Position numbers and translations under genes: made by a program. From an uncultured delta proteobacterium (GTDB taxonomy: Bacteria > Myxococcota_A > Polyangia > Fen-1088): a stretch of DNA of 64,000 nucleotides. The stretch lies in assembly GCA_963737265.1 (NCBI GenBank), contig CAVTRY010000014.1, positions 224,001 through 288,000 on the forward strand, read 5' to 3'. Of the stretch, positions 34,687 to 44,224 are shown in pieces (position 1 is the first letter of the stretch; each line of letters starts with the position of its first letter). Below the pieces are notes generated by a model. That model ran no database searches. It was given only the letters and a program-made list of their open reading frames with translations, and was not told the DNA's origin.

Positions 34687-34971
34687 CTAGCGAGCGATCG
34701 GTTTTCTTGCCTGACGGTAGATGCGGACGATTCGAATATTGTCATCCTCGCGCTGGTAGTAGATCCGATACGGAGAGACGGGCCAACTCCTTACGATTGC
34801 ACCAGAACGAAGCCGACGTTGTGGGCCTTCAAAGTCACCCTCGGCCAGACGACGTACGAGTTCAGTAACATTGCCATACAGCTGCGCTGCCGCGGTCGGA
34901 TTGCGGCCACCAAGAAACTCCAAGGCAGCGAGAAGATCCTGCTCGGCCTCCGGAGCAAAGACGACCTTCAA
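34687..34971 (-). CDS. RelE/ParE family toxin
   Basis: MKVVFAPEAEQDL...NPTAA...PYRIYY...IRIVRIYRQAR. Confidence 0.9.
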   Translation of the reverse strand: MKVVFAPEAEQDLLAALEFLGGRNPTAAAQLYGNVTELVRRLAEGDFEGPQRRLRSGAIVRSWPVSPYRIYYQREDDNIRIVRIYRQARKPIAR

Positions 34972-35183
34972 CGACGCAGGCTTTCTTCGATGCCGTGAAA
35001 TACGACGCTTGCATCGACCCCTCGCCCTTGGCGCAGAGATTCGAGGGCCACTTCCAACCCCGCTTCCTCATTAGGTGATAGATCGGGCGCGGCGTCGACG
35101 GCATCGACGACATAGCGCCCCTCGGGGAGGGAGCGCAATTCCTGGGGGACGTCTTTGCCGTTCCAGTGGAGCACGACTGACAT
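34968..35183 (-). CDS. Putative antitoxin for the RelE/ParE toxin
   Basis: 71 aa, acidic, LSPNEEAGL..ALESLRQGRGVD; 4-nt overlap with the toxin start. Confidence 0.75.
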   Translation of the reverse strand: MSVVLHWNGKDVPQELRSLPEGRYVVDAVDAAPDLSPNEEAGLEVALESLRQGRGVDASVVFHGIEESLRR

Positions 35184-35257
35184 ACAACGAATGATACCTC
35201 ACCCATAGTTGGGGGCGCCAGCCAGGTCATGAACGCCTCTTCCGGACGGACTTCTCG

Positions 35258-35309
35258 GCATGAGGTAATCGCATCCGGCATGAGGTAGGAATGAGGTAAT
35301 CTGGGAGTG
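35258..35309. repeat. ATGAGGTA triplet motif, copy 2
   Basis: GCATGAGGTAATCG..GCATGAGGTAGGAATGAGGTAATC.GGGAGTG. Confidence 0.88.
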
Positions 35310-35399
35310 CTTTTCACGTCGTTTCAGTGCTTTTCGAGTCGTCTCGCGCCTTCCAAGTTGGGTGGATCTCTCAAATGACCGAAATAACTAGCTTAAATG

Positions 35400-35472
<73 letters not shown>

Positions 35473-35556
35473 GTGACCCGGCGAGCCGGGTGGAGGGATT
35501 GTACTTAGGACGATCAGCTTTGCAACCGTGAACTGGACTCGGCGTATTCTTCGCGG

Positions 35557-36342
35557 GTGGGAGACAAGGACAAGTCCGCTGCCAGGGACGCCCAAATTCC
35601 GCCGCGGCCAAGCAAGCAGCGCGCGGACGTGGCGGTATTCGAGCAGGGCCTGGCGTCGTCGCGCGAGCGGGCGCGGGCGTTGATTCTGGCGGGACAGGTG
35701 CTGTGGGCAGACAAGCCGGTGAGCAAGGCGGGTGATTTGTTGCCGGTGGGCGCGACGCTGCGGCTGCGGGGCGAACCCATGCCTTACGTTTCGCGTGGTG
35801 GGCTCAAGCTCGCCTGCGCCATCGAGACGTTCAAGGTCGACGTGGCCGGCGCGGTGGCGGTGGATATCGGCGCGTCGACGGGCGGATTCACCGACTGCCT
35901 CTTGCAGCGCGGGGCTGTCCGCGTGTACTGCGTCGACGTGGGGCATGGCCAGCTCGACTGGAAAATCGCCTCGGACCCGCGCGTGACCGTCATCGACCGC
36001 ACCAACATTCGGCACATGCCACCCGACCGCATCCCCGAACGCTGCACGCTGGCCGTGATCGATGTGTCATTCATTTCACTTCGTCTGGTGCTTCCCGCGT
36101 TGCCCAATTTGCTGGTACCCGGCGCGCCGGCTCTCGTGCTCGTCAAGCCGCAATTCGAGGTGGGACGAGAAAAGGTCGGCAAGGGCGGGATCATCCGCGA
36201 CGAGGATGACCGCAGGCAAGCCGTCGCCGACGTGGCGGCGGCGGCGACGGCACTTGGCATCGCCGTGCTCGGCGAGACCACGTCTCCGATCACGGGCGGC
36301 AAGGGGAATGCGGAGTTCTTGCTACACCTGCGCTTGCCGTGA
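35557..36342 (+). CDS. tlyA: TlyA family rRNA 2'-O-methyltransferase
   Basis: S4 domain, YVSRGGLKL, DIGASTGGFTDCLLQ, DVSFISL, LVKPQFE. Confidence 0.96.
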   Translation: MGDKDKSAARDAQIPPRPSKQRADVAVFEQGLASSRERARALILAGQVLWADKPVSKAGDLLPVGATLRLRGEPMPYVSRGGLKLACAIETFKVDVAGAVAVDIGASTGGFTDCLLQRGAVRVYCVDVGHGQLDWKIASDPRVTVIDRTNIRHMPPDRIPERCTLAVIDVSFISLRLVLPALPNLLVPGAPALVLVKPQFEVGREKVGKGGIIRDEDDRRQAVADVAAAATALGIAVLGETTSPITGGKGNAEFLLHLRLP

Positions 36343-36357
36343 AGCTACGATGAGGGC

Positions 36358-37326
36358 ATGGACCTCCTCATCACCGGCGCCGCGGGTTTCATCGGATCCC
36401 ATCTCGCCGAACGCCTGTGCGGCCGCGGCGACCGGGTGACGGGCTTTGACAACTTCGATCCGTTCTACCCGCGCGAGGTGAAAGAAGAGAACGTGAACGG
36501 GCTGCTGCGCAACCCGGCTTTCAAGCTCGTGGAAGGCGACCTCACGGATCCAAGCGACGTGGACCAGGCTTTCGGGGTTGCCGGGCACGTCGACACGGTC
36601 GTGCACCTGGCTGCGCTCGCAGGCGTGCGACCGTCCATCGCCAGTCCAGGCCGCTACTGGAACGTCAACGTGACCGGAACCTTGCACTTGCTCCAGGTAT
36701 GCCGTGAACGCGGCGTGAAGCACATCGTGTTCGCGTCGTCGTCGTCGGTGTACGGCCTCGACAGCGACGTGCCCTTCTCTGAATTCGGCGCATGCAGCCG
36801 TCCGCTTTCGCCCTACGCCGCGACCAAGCGCGCGGGCGAGCTGATGGCCTTCAACCATCACCATCTGTACGCGGCGTCGGTCACTTGTCTGCGCTTCTTC
36901 ACGGTGTACGGCCCGCGCCAGCGTCCGGATTTGGCCATTCGCAAATTCACCCGCTTAATCGACAGCGGCCGGCCCATTGAGCTTTTCGGCGACGGCGCCA
37001 GCTCGCGCGACTACACCTGGATCGACGACATCGTCGACGGCGTCGTGGCGGCGATCGACCAGCAATCTCGCGAAACGCGCACCGCCTATCGAATCTACAA
37101 CCTGGGCGGCTCGAAGCCGACCAGCCTCAAGACCTTGGTCGACCGCATTTCCGCAGCCCTCGGCAAGCAGGCGGTCATCGAGTGGAAGCCCGAGCAACCG
37201 GGCGACATGAAGCACACGCTGGCCGACGTCGATTTGGCGCGAACCGATTTGGGCTACTCTCCCAAGGTTTCGATTGACACCGGCATTCCGCGCTTCGTGG
37301 ACTGGTTTCGCTCGGTGAATCGCTAA
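36358..37326 (+). CDS. NAD-dependent sugar-nucleotide epimerase (UDP-glucuronate 4-epimerase-like)
   Basis: TGAAGFIG, HLAALAGVR, ASSSSVYG, YAATK, RFFTVYGP. Confidence 0.92.
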   Translation: MDLLITGAAGFIGSHLAERLCGRGDRVTGFDNFDPFYPREVKEENVNGLLRNPAFKLVEGDLTDPSDVDQAFGVAGHVDTVVHLAALAGVRPSIASPGRYWNVNVTGTLHLLQVCRERGVKHIVFASSSSVYGLDSDVPFSEFGACSRPLSPYAATKRAGELMAFNHHHLYAASVTCLRFFTVYGPRQRPDLAIRKFTRLIDSGRPIELFGDGASSRDYTWIDDIVDGVVAAIDQQSRETRTAYRIYNLGGSKPTSLKTLVDRISAALGKQAVIEWKPEQPGDMKHTLADVDLARTDLGYSPKVSIDTGIPRFVDWFRSVNR

Positions 37327-37332
37327 GACCCA

Positions 37333-37854
37333 TCAAGTGGGGTACGTCACCTCGGTGATGGTCAGCTCGCGGTGGCCCTTGTCCCAGCGGACCTGAACAG
37401 TGTCGCCGAGCTCCTTGCCAATCAGGGATCGGCCCACCGGCGACTGCCACGAGATGGCGCCACCCGCGCTGTCGATCTCGTCCGACCCTACGATGCTGAA
37501 GACGTGGCGCTCGCCTTCCTCGTCTTCCACGGTGACGGTGGCGCCAAAGAAGACCCGGTCGCGCCGCTTTTGCTCGCGCGCATCCACGACCACGGCGATA
37601 TCCAGGCGCTTGCCAAGAAAGCGCATGCGCCCGTCGATCTGGCGCAACTGGCGCTTGCGATAAATGTACTCGGCGTTTTCCGACCGGTCGCCCTCGGCGG
37701 CGGCGTCGGATAGGGCGCTCACGACTTCGGGCCGTTTCTTGGTCTGCAAGAAATCGAGCTCGGTGGTCAGCTTGCGATAACCGGCCGGCGTGATGTAGTT
37801 CTTCTCGCCCTTGATCTTCTTCTCCTGGGGCGGGTCGAGGGTTTTGCGTACCAT
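37333..37854 (-). CDS. greB: Transcription elongation factor GreB
   Basis: NYITPAGY, GDRSENAEY..RKRQLRQID, ISWQSPVG. Confidence 0.93.
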   Translation of the reverse strand: MVRKTLDPPQEKKIKGEKNYITPAGYRKLTTELDFLQTKKRPEVVSALSDAAAEGDRSENAEYIYRKRQLRQIDGRMRFLGKRLDIAVVVDAREQKRRDRVFFGATVTVEDEEGERHVFSIVGSDEIDSAGGAISWQSPVGRSLIGKELGDTVQVRWDKGHRELTITEVTYPT

Positions 37855-37916
37855 GGCTGGCGTCAGTTTAGGATGAACATCGCTTTTGCGGGAATTTGGT
37901 GTAGAGGAAAGTCACC

Positions 37917-38300
37917 ATGCTTGGAAACCCTGAAGCCCTGCTTGCCGTTGTGAAGTTTGACTCGAAGGGACTCGTGCCCGTCATCGCCCAGGATCGCAAA
38001 ACCGGCGTGGTGCGCATGCTGGCTTGGGCCAACGCCGAAGCCCTGCGCGCCACCGTCACCAAGGAGCGCGCCACCTTTTGGAGCAGGTCGCGCAACGAGC
38101 TGTGGGAGAAGGGCGCGACCAGCGGCAATTCGATGAAGGTCCACGACGTGCGCATCGACTGCGACGGCGACGCGATTTTGTACCTCGTGGATGCCGTGGG
38201 ACCGTCCTGCCACACCAACGCAACGTCGTGCTTTTTCCGTGCTGTCGCCAAGGACGGCCTCATCGCCGACGACGGCCCGACGAGCTTCAACAAAGCCTAG
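37917..38300 (+). CDS. hisI: Phosphoribosyl-AMP cyclohydrolase
   Basis: GLVPVIAQD, WSRSR.ELWEKGATSG, DCDGD, CHT..SCFF. Confidence 0.96.
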   Translation: MLGNPEALLAVVKFDSKGLVPVIAQDRKTGVVRMLAWANAEALRATVTKERATFWSRSRNELWEKGATSGNSMKVHDVRIDCDGDAILYLVDAVGPSCHTNATSCFFRAVAKDGLIADDGPTSFNKA

Positions 38301-38304
38301 CGTC

Positions 38305-40296
38305 TTGCCCCTCGACAAAGCCGTCGCCGAAATCCTGCGTCCCGGCGGGGCGCTGGCAGATGCTCTGCCGGGGTTCGAGCCGCGGCCTGGCCAACTGGCG
38401 ATGGCCGAGCGCGTGGCGCGCGCCATCGACCTTGACGAGCGCCTGCTGGTCGAGGCCGGCACCGGCACGGGCAAGACCATCGCCTACCTCGTGCCCGCGA
38501 TCCTTTCTGGCCGTCGCGTGGTGGTTTCGACCGGCACGCGCACCTTGCAGGACCAAATCGCGACGATCGATCTGCCGCGGCTGCAGCGCGTGCTGCCGCG
38601 GCAGTTTTCCTTCGCCGTGATGAAGGGCATTGGCAATTACGTGTGCCTGCGCCGCCTCGCCGAGCACAAAAGGCAGCTCGCCATCGCCCAGACGGTGTCG
38701 CCGGAAACCGCGCGCGTGCTGGCATGGATCGAGCGCACCAAGACCGGCGACCGAGCCGATCTCGACGGGGTTGCCGAGGACGCGCCGATTTGGCGAGAAA
38801 TTTCGTCCAGCCCGGAAACACGCCTCGGCAAACGTTGTCCTTTTGTCTCTGACTGCTTCATCACGGCCATGCGCAGGCGGGGTCAGGAAGCGCAGGTGCT
38901 GGTCGTGAACCACCATCTCTTTTTCGCCGATCTGGCCCTGCGCAGCCGCTTTTCCGAGGCGCAGGTGCTGCCCACGTACGAGGCGGTGATCTTCGACGAA
39001 GCCCACCAGCTCGAAGACGTGGCGACCGAAATTTTCGGCGTGCAGGTATCGTCGTTGCGCTTGTTTGCGTTGGCGCGGGACGTGGAACGCGCGCCCGCCG
39101 CGCCGCTCGGTGCCGCGCGCGTGGAATCGGTCGCGCGCCGGATCGAGGCCGCCACCCACGTGCTGGCCCAGGCGTTGCGCTCCCAGCTGCCGCGCAAATT
39201 GGGCAGCGGCGACGATCTGCGCATTCCCATGCCCGACGATCTTTGGCAGGGCGAAGCGCTCGCCCGCTATCACGAGCTCGACACCGTGCTGGAAGAAGCG
39301 TCGGTGCTGCTCGGTCGACTGGCCGAGGACGACGGACGTGATGCGCTTCGGCCGTCGCCGCCCGTGCCCGCCAAGGCCGCGGTGCTGGCCGGGCTGTCCC
39401 AGCGCGCGCAGATCCTGCGTACCGATCTCGACGAGATCGTGGGCAGCGCCCGGCGCGATTCCGTGCGCTGGATTGCCCTCTCATCGCGCAACGTGATCCT
39501 GCGTGCGTCGCCGGTGGACGTTGCGCCCATGCTGCGCCAAAGCTTCGATCGCCAGGCCGGCCCAATGGTCTTCACCTCGGCGACCCTGACGGTCGGCGGT
39601 ACCTTCGGCTACATGCGCGAGCGGCTGGGCTTGTCGGACACCGCCGCCGAGGCGACCTTCCCGTCGCCGTTTCATTACGCAAAACAGGTCTTGCTCTACA
39701 TCGCCGAAGACCTGCCCGATCCCACGCAGGAAGGTTTTGCCGACGCGGCGGCCCGACGCGCCCTCGATCTTTGCCGACTGTCGCGCGGGCGCGCCCTGCT
39801 GCTTTTCACCAGCTTTCGCAACCTGCGCGTCGCCGAGGAGATCTTTCGCGCCGACGATAGTTTCCCCTTGCTGGTGCAAGGCAAGCGCCCGCGCCACGTG
39901 CTGCTTGCCGAGCTGCGTTCGCACGTGGGCTCGGTGCTGCTCGCCACGCAGAGCTTTTGGGAAGGCATCGACGTGCCGGGCGAGGCGCTATCGCTGGTCG
40001 CGATCGATCGCCTGCCCTTTGCCGTGCCCGACGATCCCTTGACCGCCGCGCGCATCGAGGGCATTCGCGAAGACGGCGGCGATCCCTTCGCCACGTACCA
40101 GATCCCGCGCGCCGCGCTGGCGCTCAAGCAGGGCTTCGGCCGACTCATCCGCAGCCGTAAAGATCGCGGCGTGGTGGCGATCCTCGACGGCCGTATCGTG
40201 CGCAAGAGGTACGGCGGCATGCTCCTCGCCAGCCTGCCCGACGGTTGCCCGCGCAGCTACGCGCTCGACGACGTGCGCGCCTTCTTCGCCAAGTAA
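38305..40296 (+). CDS. DinG/YoaA family ATP-dependent DNA helicase
   Basis: EAGTGTGKT, NYVC, VVNHHL, FDEAH, TSATL, FWEGIDVPG, QGFGRLIR. Confidence 0.93.
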   Translation: MPLDKAVAEILRPGGALADALPGFEPRPGQLAMAERVARAIDLDERLLVEAGTGTGKTIAYLVPAILSGRRVVVSTGTRTLQDQIATIDLPRLQRVLPRQFSFAVMKGIGNYVCLRRLAEHKRQLAIAQTVSPETARVLAWIERTKTGDRADLDGVAEDAPIWREISSSPETRLGKRCPFVSDCFITAMRRRGQEAQVLVVNHHLFFADLALRSRFSEAQVLPTYEAVIFDEAHQLEDVATEIFGVQVSSLRLFALARDVERAPAAPLGAARVESVARRIEAATHVLAQALRSQLPRKLGSGDDLRIPMPDDLWQGEALARYHELDTVLEEASVLLGRLAEDDGRDALRPSPPVPAKAAVLAGLSQRAQILRTDLDEIVGSARRDSVRWIALSSRNVILRASPVDVAPMLRQSFDRQAGPMVFTSATLTVGGTFGYMRERLGLSDTAAEATFPSPFHYAKQVLLYIAEDLPDPTQEGFADAAARRALDLCRLSRGRALLLFTSFRNLRVAEEIFRADDSFPLLVQGKRPRHVLLAELRSHVGSVLLATQSFWEGIDVPGEALSLVAIDRLPFAVPDDPLTAARIEGIREDGGDPFATYQIPRAALALKQGFGRLIRSRKDRGVVAILDGRIVRKRYGGMLLASLPDGCPRSYALDDVRAFFAK

Positions 40297-40302
40297 CCCG
40301 GG

Positions 40303-40782
40303 CTATTCGGATTTGCGCCGCATGAAGGCCGCCTGGGACAGGTCGCTCGCAGCATCCTCCGCCCTGCGCTCCGCCAGCTTCTTGTCCTCGGCGTCGGCGC
40401 GTTGCTTGAGCTTTTCCACCGCCTCGCGCTCTCGGTGGGCCCGTTCGAACGCCTGCCGTGCTTCGGTCTCAACAGCGATGGCCGCGGCCAGGGCGGTGTT
40501 TCGGTGGTTCTCGGCGATTCCAACCAGACGTGTCACTTCGGCCCGCAAGCGCTGGCGGTAGCGTTCGCGCGAATTGGCTTCGGCGCCATTTGTCGGCGCT
40601 GGTTCAGCCGACAGCCGCGCCTCCTCGCTTTTGCAGGTGGCGCGCGCCGGTTGGCACGCCTGCACAAGTCGCGCCTGCTCGTCCTCTTCTCGGACGCGCG
40701 CCGCGACGGCGCGGCCGAGCACCTGCTTCGCCGTGTCTTCAGCGTCGCGCCGGAAGTTAAGAAGGCTGTGCAATTGGAACAT
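40303..40782 (-). CDS. FliJ/YscO-like coiled-coil protein
   Basis: FQL.SLLNFR..AED.A...L N-terminus; ...EREAVEKLK...E....D C-terminus. Confidence 0.6.
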   Translation of the reverse strand: MFQLHSLLNFRRDAEDTAKQVLGRAVAARVREEDEQARLVQACQPARATCKSEEARLSAEPAPTNGAEANSRERYRQRLRAEVTRLVGIAENHRNTALAAAIAVETEARQAFERAHREREAVEKLKQRADAEDKKLAERRAEDAASDLSQAAFMRRKSE

Positions 40783-40836
40783 GATGCAAGGTGCGTGGCG
40801 TTGCGTACTGGGCGAAGGAAGCTTAGTGTTGGCGGA

Positions 40837-42432
40837 ATGGCAGCCCAAGTCCCGTCGAGGAAGTATCGCATCGAGCGGTACCTCGCAGAAGGGGGCATGG
40901 GAGCGATCTATGTCGGCAAGAAAATCGGCCCGGGCGGCTTCGAAAAGGAGGTCGTTCTCAAGCAGCTCTTACCCGAGTTCACCAGCCGGCCGGAGTTCCG
41001 CGACCTGTTTTTTCGCGAGGCCAAGATCTCCGCGACCCTGGATCACCAGAACATCGTTCGCACCTTCGACCTGGTGAACTCGAACGACCGGCTCTTCATC
41101 GTCATGGAATACGTGCGCGGGGCCGACCTGCGCACGATCGCCTGGCGCGCGCGTCGACGAATGCCACTGTCGCCGCAGGCCATCCTGCACATCGCCATGG
41201 AAATTCTAGCCGGGCTCGCCTACGTGCATGGGCGCCGTTCGGCCACAGGCGATCCGCTCGGGATCATTCACCGCGATCTGTCGCCGTCCAATATTCTGTG
41301 CTCGGGCGAGGGCGAGGTGAAGCTGTCCGACTTCGGCATCGCCAAGGCGGTCACCTATTCGTCGGTCTTCTATCGCGTGCGCGGCAAGGTCGGCTACATG
41401 TCGCCCGAGATGGCGCGCAACCAGCCCCTCGACGCGCGCAGCGATCTGTTCTCGCTCGGGGTCAGCATCTATGAGACGCTGATCGGCGAACGCATCTACA
41501 GCGGCGATTTGAACACGCCGCCAGACAAGATATATGCCCAGGTGGTGCCTCGGCTCGACGCCAAGTGCGCGGGCCTTCCGTCCGAATTGCAGGGCGTGCT
41601 CAACCGCGCGCTCGCCATGGATCGGGAGATGCGCTATCCTGACGCCGAATCCTTCGCCGGCGCGCTTCGCCAGATCGCCCACGCGTACGGGCTCTTGTGC
41701 TCGGCGCCGCAGCTTGCGACGGAGTTGCGCGAGATCATGGGCCCGAACGCGGAGATGTGGCTCGCCGACGAGCGCGACCTAGCCCACCCGCGCAGCTCGC
41801 GTGCGCCGCACGCACCGGGCACCTTGACGGGCAAGGAGGCCGACTCGATCGTCGAATCGGGACTCACCAAGGAGGTCGGCGAGGAGGTCGATCTGGAGAA
41901 CCTGGCCACGCCGCCCGTCCGGACATCCGCTGCCATGCCCACGGCGAGCAATCGTTCGTCGGGATTCATGGCGGCGGCAAGGAGTCGTTCGTCGGGGTCA
42001 GTGGCAGCCGTGCCGCCCGCGGCTGACCCCATATCGGTCGCGGCGGCGGAAAGCTTAGCGTGGTCGCCGCAAATGGCATTCGAATTTCCGCCCATCCCGC
42101 CCCAAAAACCGGGCGGCGGGGTTGCCGCGATCAAGCGCTCTCGGCGCGGGCTCTGGCTGCTCGCTCTCCTCGTCGTCGCCATCCTGCTCGGATTTGCGGT
42201 CGTGCGCTTCGTCCTCGGTTCCAGCGCAATGACTCTTCCAATCGCGCCAGCCAACGTCTCGAATACCGAGGCAGAGCGCTGGCTTCGCCCGCAAACCAAG
42301 GCTTCACTCCAGGGTGCAGGTTGTCTGGCCGAACGCGGCGATTGGCTTCTCTGTGTCCCGAAGGAGATCGCTAATCGTGCAGCAATCGGGCCTCCGACGC
42401 AGAGCCGAGCGAGTCTGGCGCCTGGAGCCTGA
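40837..42432 (+). CDS. Hanks-type Ser/Thr protein kinase with a C-terminal TM helix
   Basis: LAEGGMG.IY, VVLK, HRDLSPSNIL, DFGIAK, GKVGYMSPE; TM near 42150-42215. Confidence 0.92.
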   Translation: MAAQVPSRKYRIERYLAEGGMGAIYVGKKIGPGGFEKEVVLKQLLPEFTSRPEFRDLFFREAKISATLDHQNIVRTFDLVNSNDRLFIVMEYVRGADLRTIAWRARRRMPLSPQAILHIAMEILAGLAYVHGRRSATGDPLGIIHRDLSPSNILCSGEGEVKLSDFGIAKAVTYSSVFYRVRGKVGYMSPEMARNQPLDARSDLFSLGVSIYETLIGERIYSGDLNTPPDKIYAQVVPRLDAKCAGLPSELQGVLNRALAMDREMRYPDAESFAGALRQIAHAYGLLCSAPQLATELREIMGPNAEMWLADERDLAHPRSSRAPHAPGTLTGKEADSIVESGLTKEVGEEVDLENLATPPVRTSAAMPTASNRSSGFMAAARSRSSGSVAAVPPAADPISVAAAESLAWSPQMAFEFPPIPPQKPGGGVAAIKRSRRGLWLLALLVVAILLGFAVVRFVLGSSAMTLPIAPANVSNTEAERWLRPQTKASLQGAGCLAERGDWLLCVPKEIANRAAIGPPTQSRASLAPGA

Positions 42433-42437
42433 AGCCT
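42299..42437. repeat. Second element bounded by the inverted heptamer motif (AGGCTTCA-CTCCAGG ... CCTGGAGCCTGAAGCCT)
   Basis: Same GGCTTCA/CCTGRAG units as 4643..4830, in inverted arrangement. Confidence 0.55.
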
Positions 42438-42507
42438 CATGAGACGGCCGCTGAAAGAACCGTCGCGCCATGCGAAGAATCTCGGATCTAGCAGAAGAGC
42501 GTCCGCC

Positions 42508-43858
42508 ATGGAAGGCATGACCGCTTCGATCACGCGACTCATCCCCAAGGACGCCGCGATTTTTCGCCAGTCGGGCCGGGGCCGCTTCATCGTCATTCGC
42601 GGACCGGATCGTGGCGAATCGCTGGTCGTGGAGCGAGGCCCCGTGACCTCGGCTCGGCTCGTCGGCGAGGTGCAGCCTGTCCGACCCGACCATTTCGCGC
42701 CGGCATCTTTCGGTCACCCTGGCCGCAAAGTGGCGTCGTCGTGCGCGATCTCGGCTCGACCAATGGTTCGTTCGTCGGCGGCGCGCGCTTTCAAGAATTG
42801 CTGCTCGGTTTCGGGTCCGAGATCCAGATCGGCCAAACCTTGCTCAAGTACCTGCCCGACGAGGAGCACGTCGATGTGGCGCCGGCGGCGAGCGAGCGCT
42901 TCGGCAACATGCTTGGCCGCGATTCCAAGATGCGCCAGGTGTTCAGGCTGCTCGAAGATGTCGCCGCGTACCGACGCGACGGTGCTGCTCGAAGGCGAGA
43001 CCGGCACCGGCAAGGAGCTTCTCGCCGAAGAAATCCATCGCCACAGCCCGCGCTCTGGCAAACCCTTCGTGGCGTTCCGACTGCGCCGCCGAGCCCAGGG
43101 ATACGATCGAATCGGCGCTGTTCGGTCACGTGCGCGGAGCCTTTCCCGGCGCCGTCGTCGATCGCCAGGGCGTCTTTGCCGAGGCCGACGGCGGCACGCT
43201 CTTCCTCGACGAGATCGGCGACCTTGCGCTCGACATGCAGCCCGCTCTCTTGCGTGCGCTCGACAAGCGCACCATTCGCGCCGTGGGCAGGATCGGCCAG
43301 CGCATGGTTTCGGTGCGCGTTGTGGCCGCGACCAAGCGCGACCTGCGAGCGGAAATGGCCACTCGGCGTTTTCGCGAGGATCTTTACTACCGCCTGGCCG
43401 TGATCCGCATCGCCGTGCCGCCCTTGCGCGAGCGCCCCGCCGACGTTGCCCTGCTGGCACAAAGCTTCATCGAGACGTGCGCTAGGCCGCCCGGCTTTTG
43501 CGTCCGCCAACCCGCCCTGGAGCGCCTCGCCCGCCTGCCCTGGCCCGGCAATGTCCGGCAACTGCGCAACGTGATGGAACACGCGTGTGCCGTTTCCCAC
43601 GGCAGCGAGCTCGACCTGACGGATTTTCTCGCCTCGGTCTCGCCCGCATCGCCCGGCATCGGCGCCGCCATCGCGCTCGACAAGCCGTTCAAGGAGGCCA
43701 AAGCCGCCGTCGTCGAGGAATTCGAGCGCGTCTACTTGAAAGCGCTGCTCGAACGCCACGGCGGCAATCTGTCCGCAGCGTCGCGCACCGCGGATTTAGA
43801 CCGCAAGCATGTGCGGGAACTGTTGCGCAAGCACGGATTGAGAGAGGAAACCCAATAG
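42508..43858 (+). CDS. FHA-domain sigma54-dependent enhancer-binding protein (several frameshifts)
   Basis: RDLGSTNGS (FHA), [50 protein letters not shown] and a Fis HTH, split over frames. Confidence 0.85.
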
Positions 43859-43989
43859 GCCGCCGCCCGAGCTCGCCGAGGTCCGGGGTGGTCTCCGGAA
43901 ATGGCTCGCGGGAATTCTGGCACAAGCTCGCCGAGATACTCAGGTTGCGTGCCTGAGCCGCGGTGCCTGGTTCAAAGGCGATGGCGCGA

Positions 43990-44185
43990 AATAGCCTTTC
44001 TGGCGCCAGGAATCGGCGTCTACGCCAATGACGTGGCAATGCTGGGAGAGCGACGGTGCAGGCGGCGCATGGGAAGACGGATCTCCATTGCTTGTACGCC
44101 AACTTGGTGGTGATGACGGTGGACTTGGATTCGTGGCGCCGGTTAATGATGTTGTAGAGGAGGTCAGCGGAGCGGCATCCGCGCA
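43990..44185 (-). pseudogene. istB: IS21-family IstB helper ATPase, C-terminal remnant
   Basis: ADLLYNIINRRHE.KSTVITT.L.YKQW..VFP, then QHCHVIGVDADSWR in a shifted frame. Confidence 0.8.
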
Positions 44186-44224
44186 CTGGCGCCCGGAGAA
44201 GGCACGGGCCGCCGAGGAGGTTGC

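Noticed and set aside
33437-35309. GAGGTA repeats as a CRISPR array
   Set aside because: Units are about 8 bp with spacers of only a few bases, there are only two blocks 1.8 kb apart, and no cas genes are present.
43917-43932. Sigma54 promoter TGGCACAAGCTCGC
   Set aside because: GG-to-GC spacing is 9 rather than 10 nt, and there is no plus-strand gene downstream.
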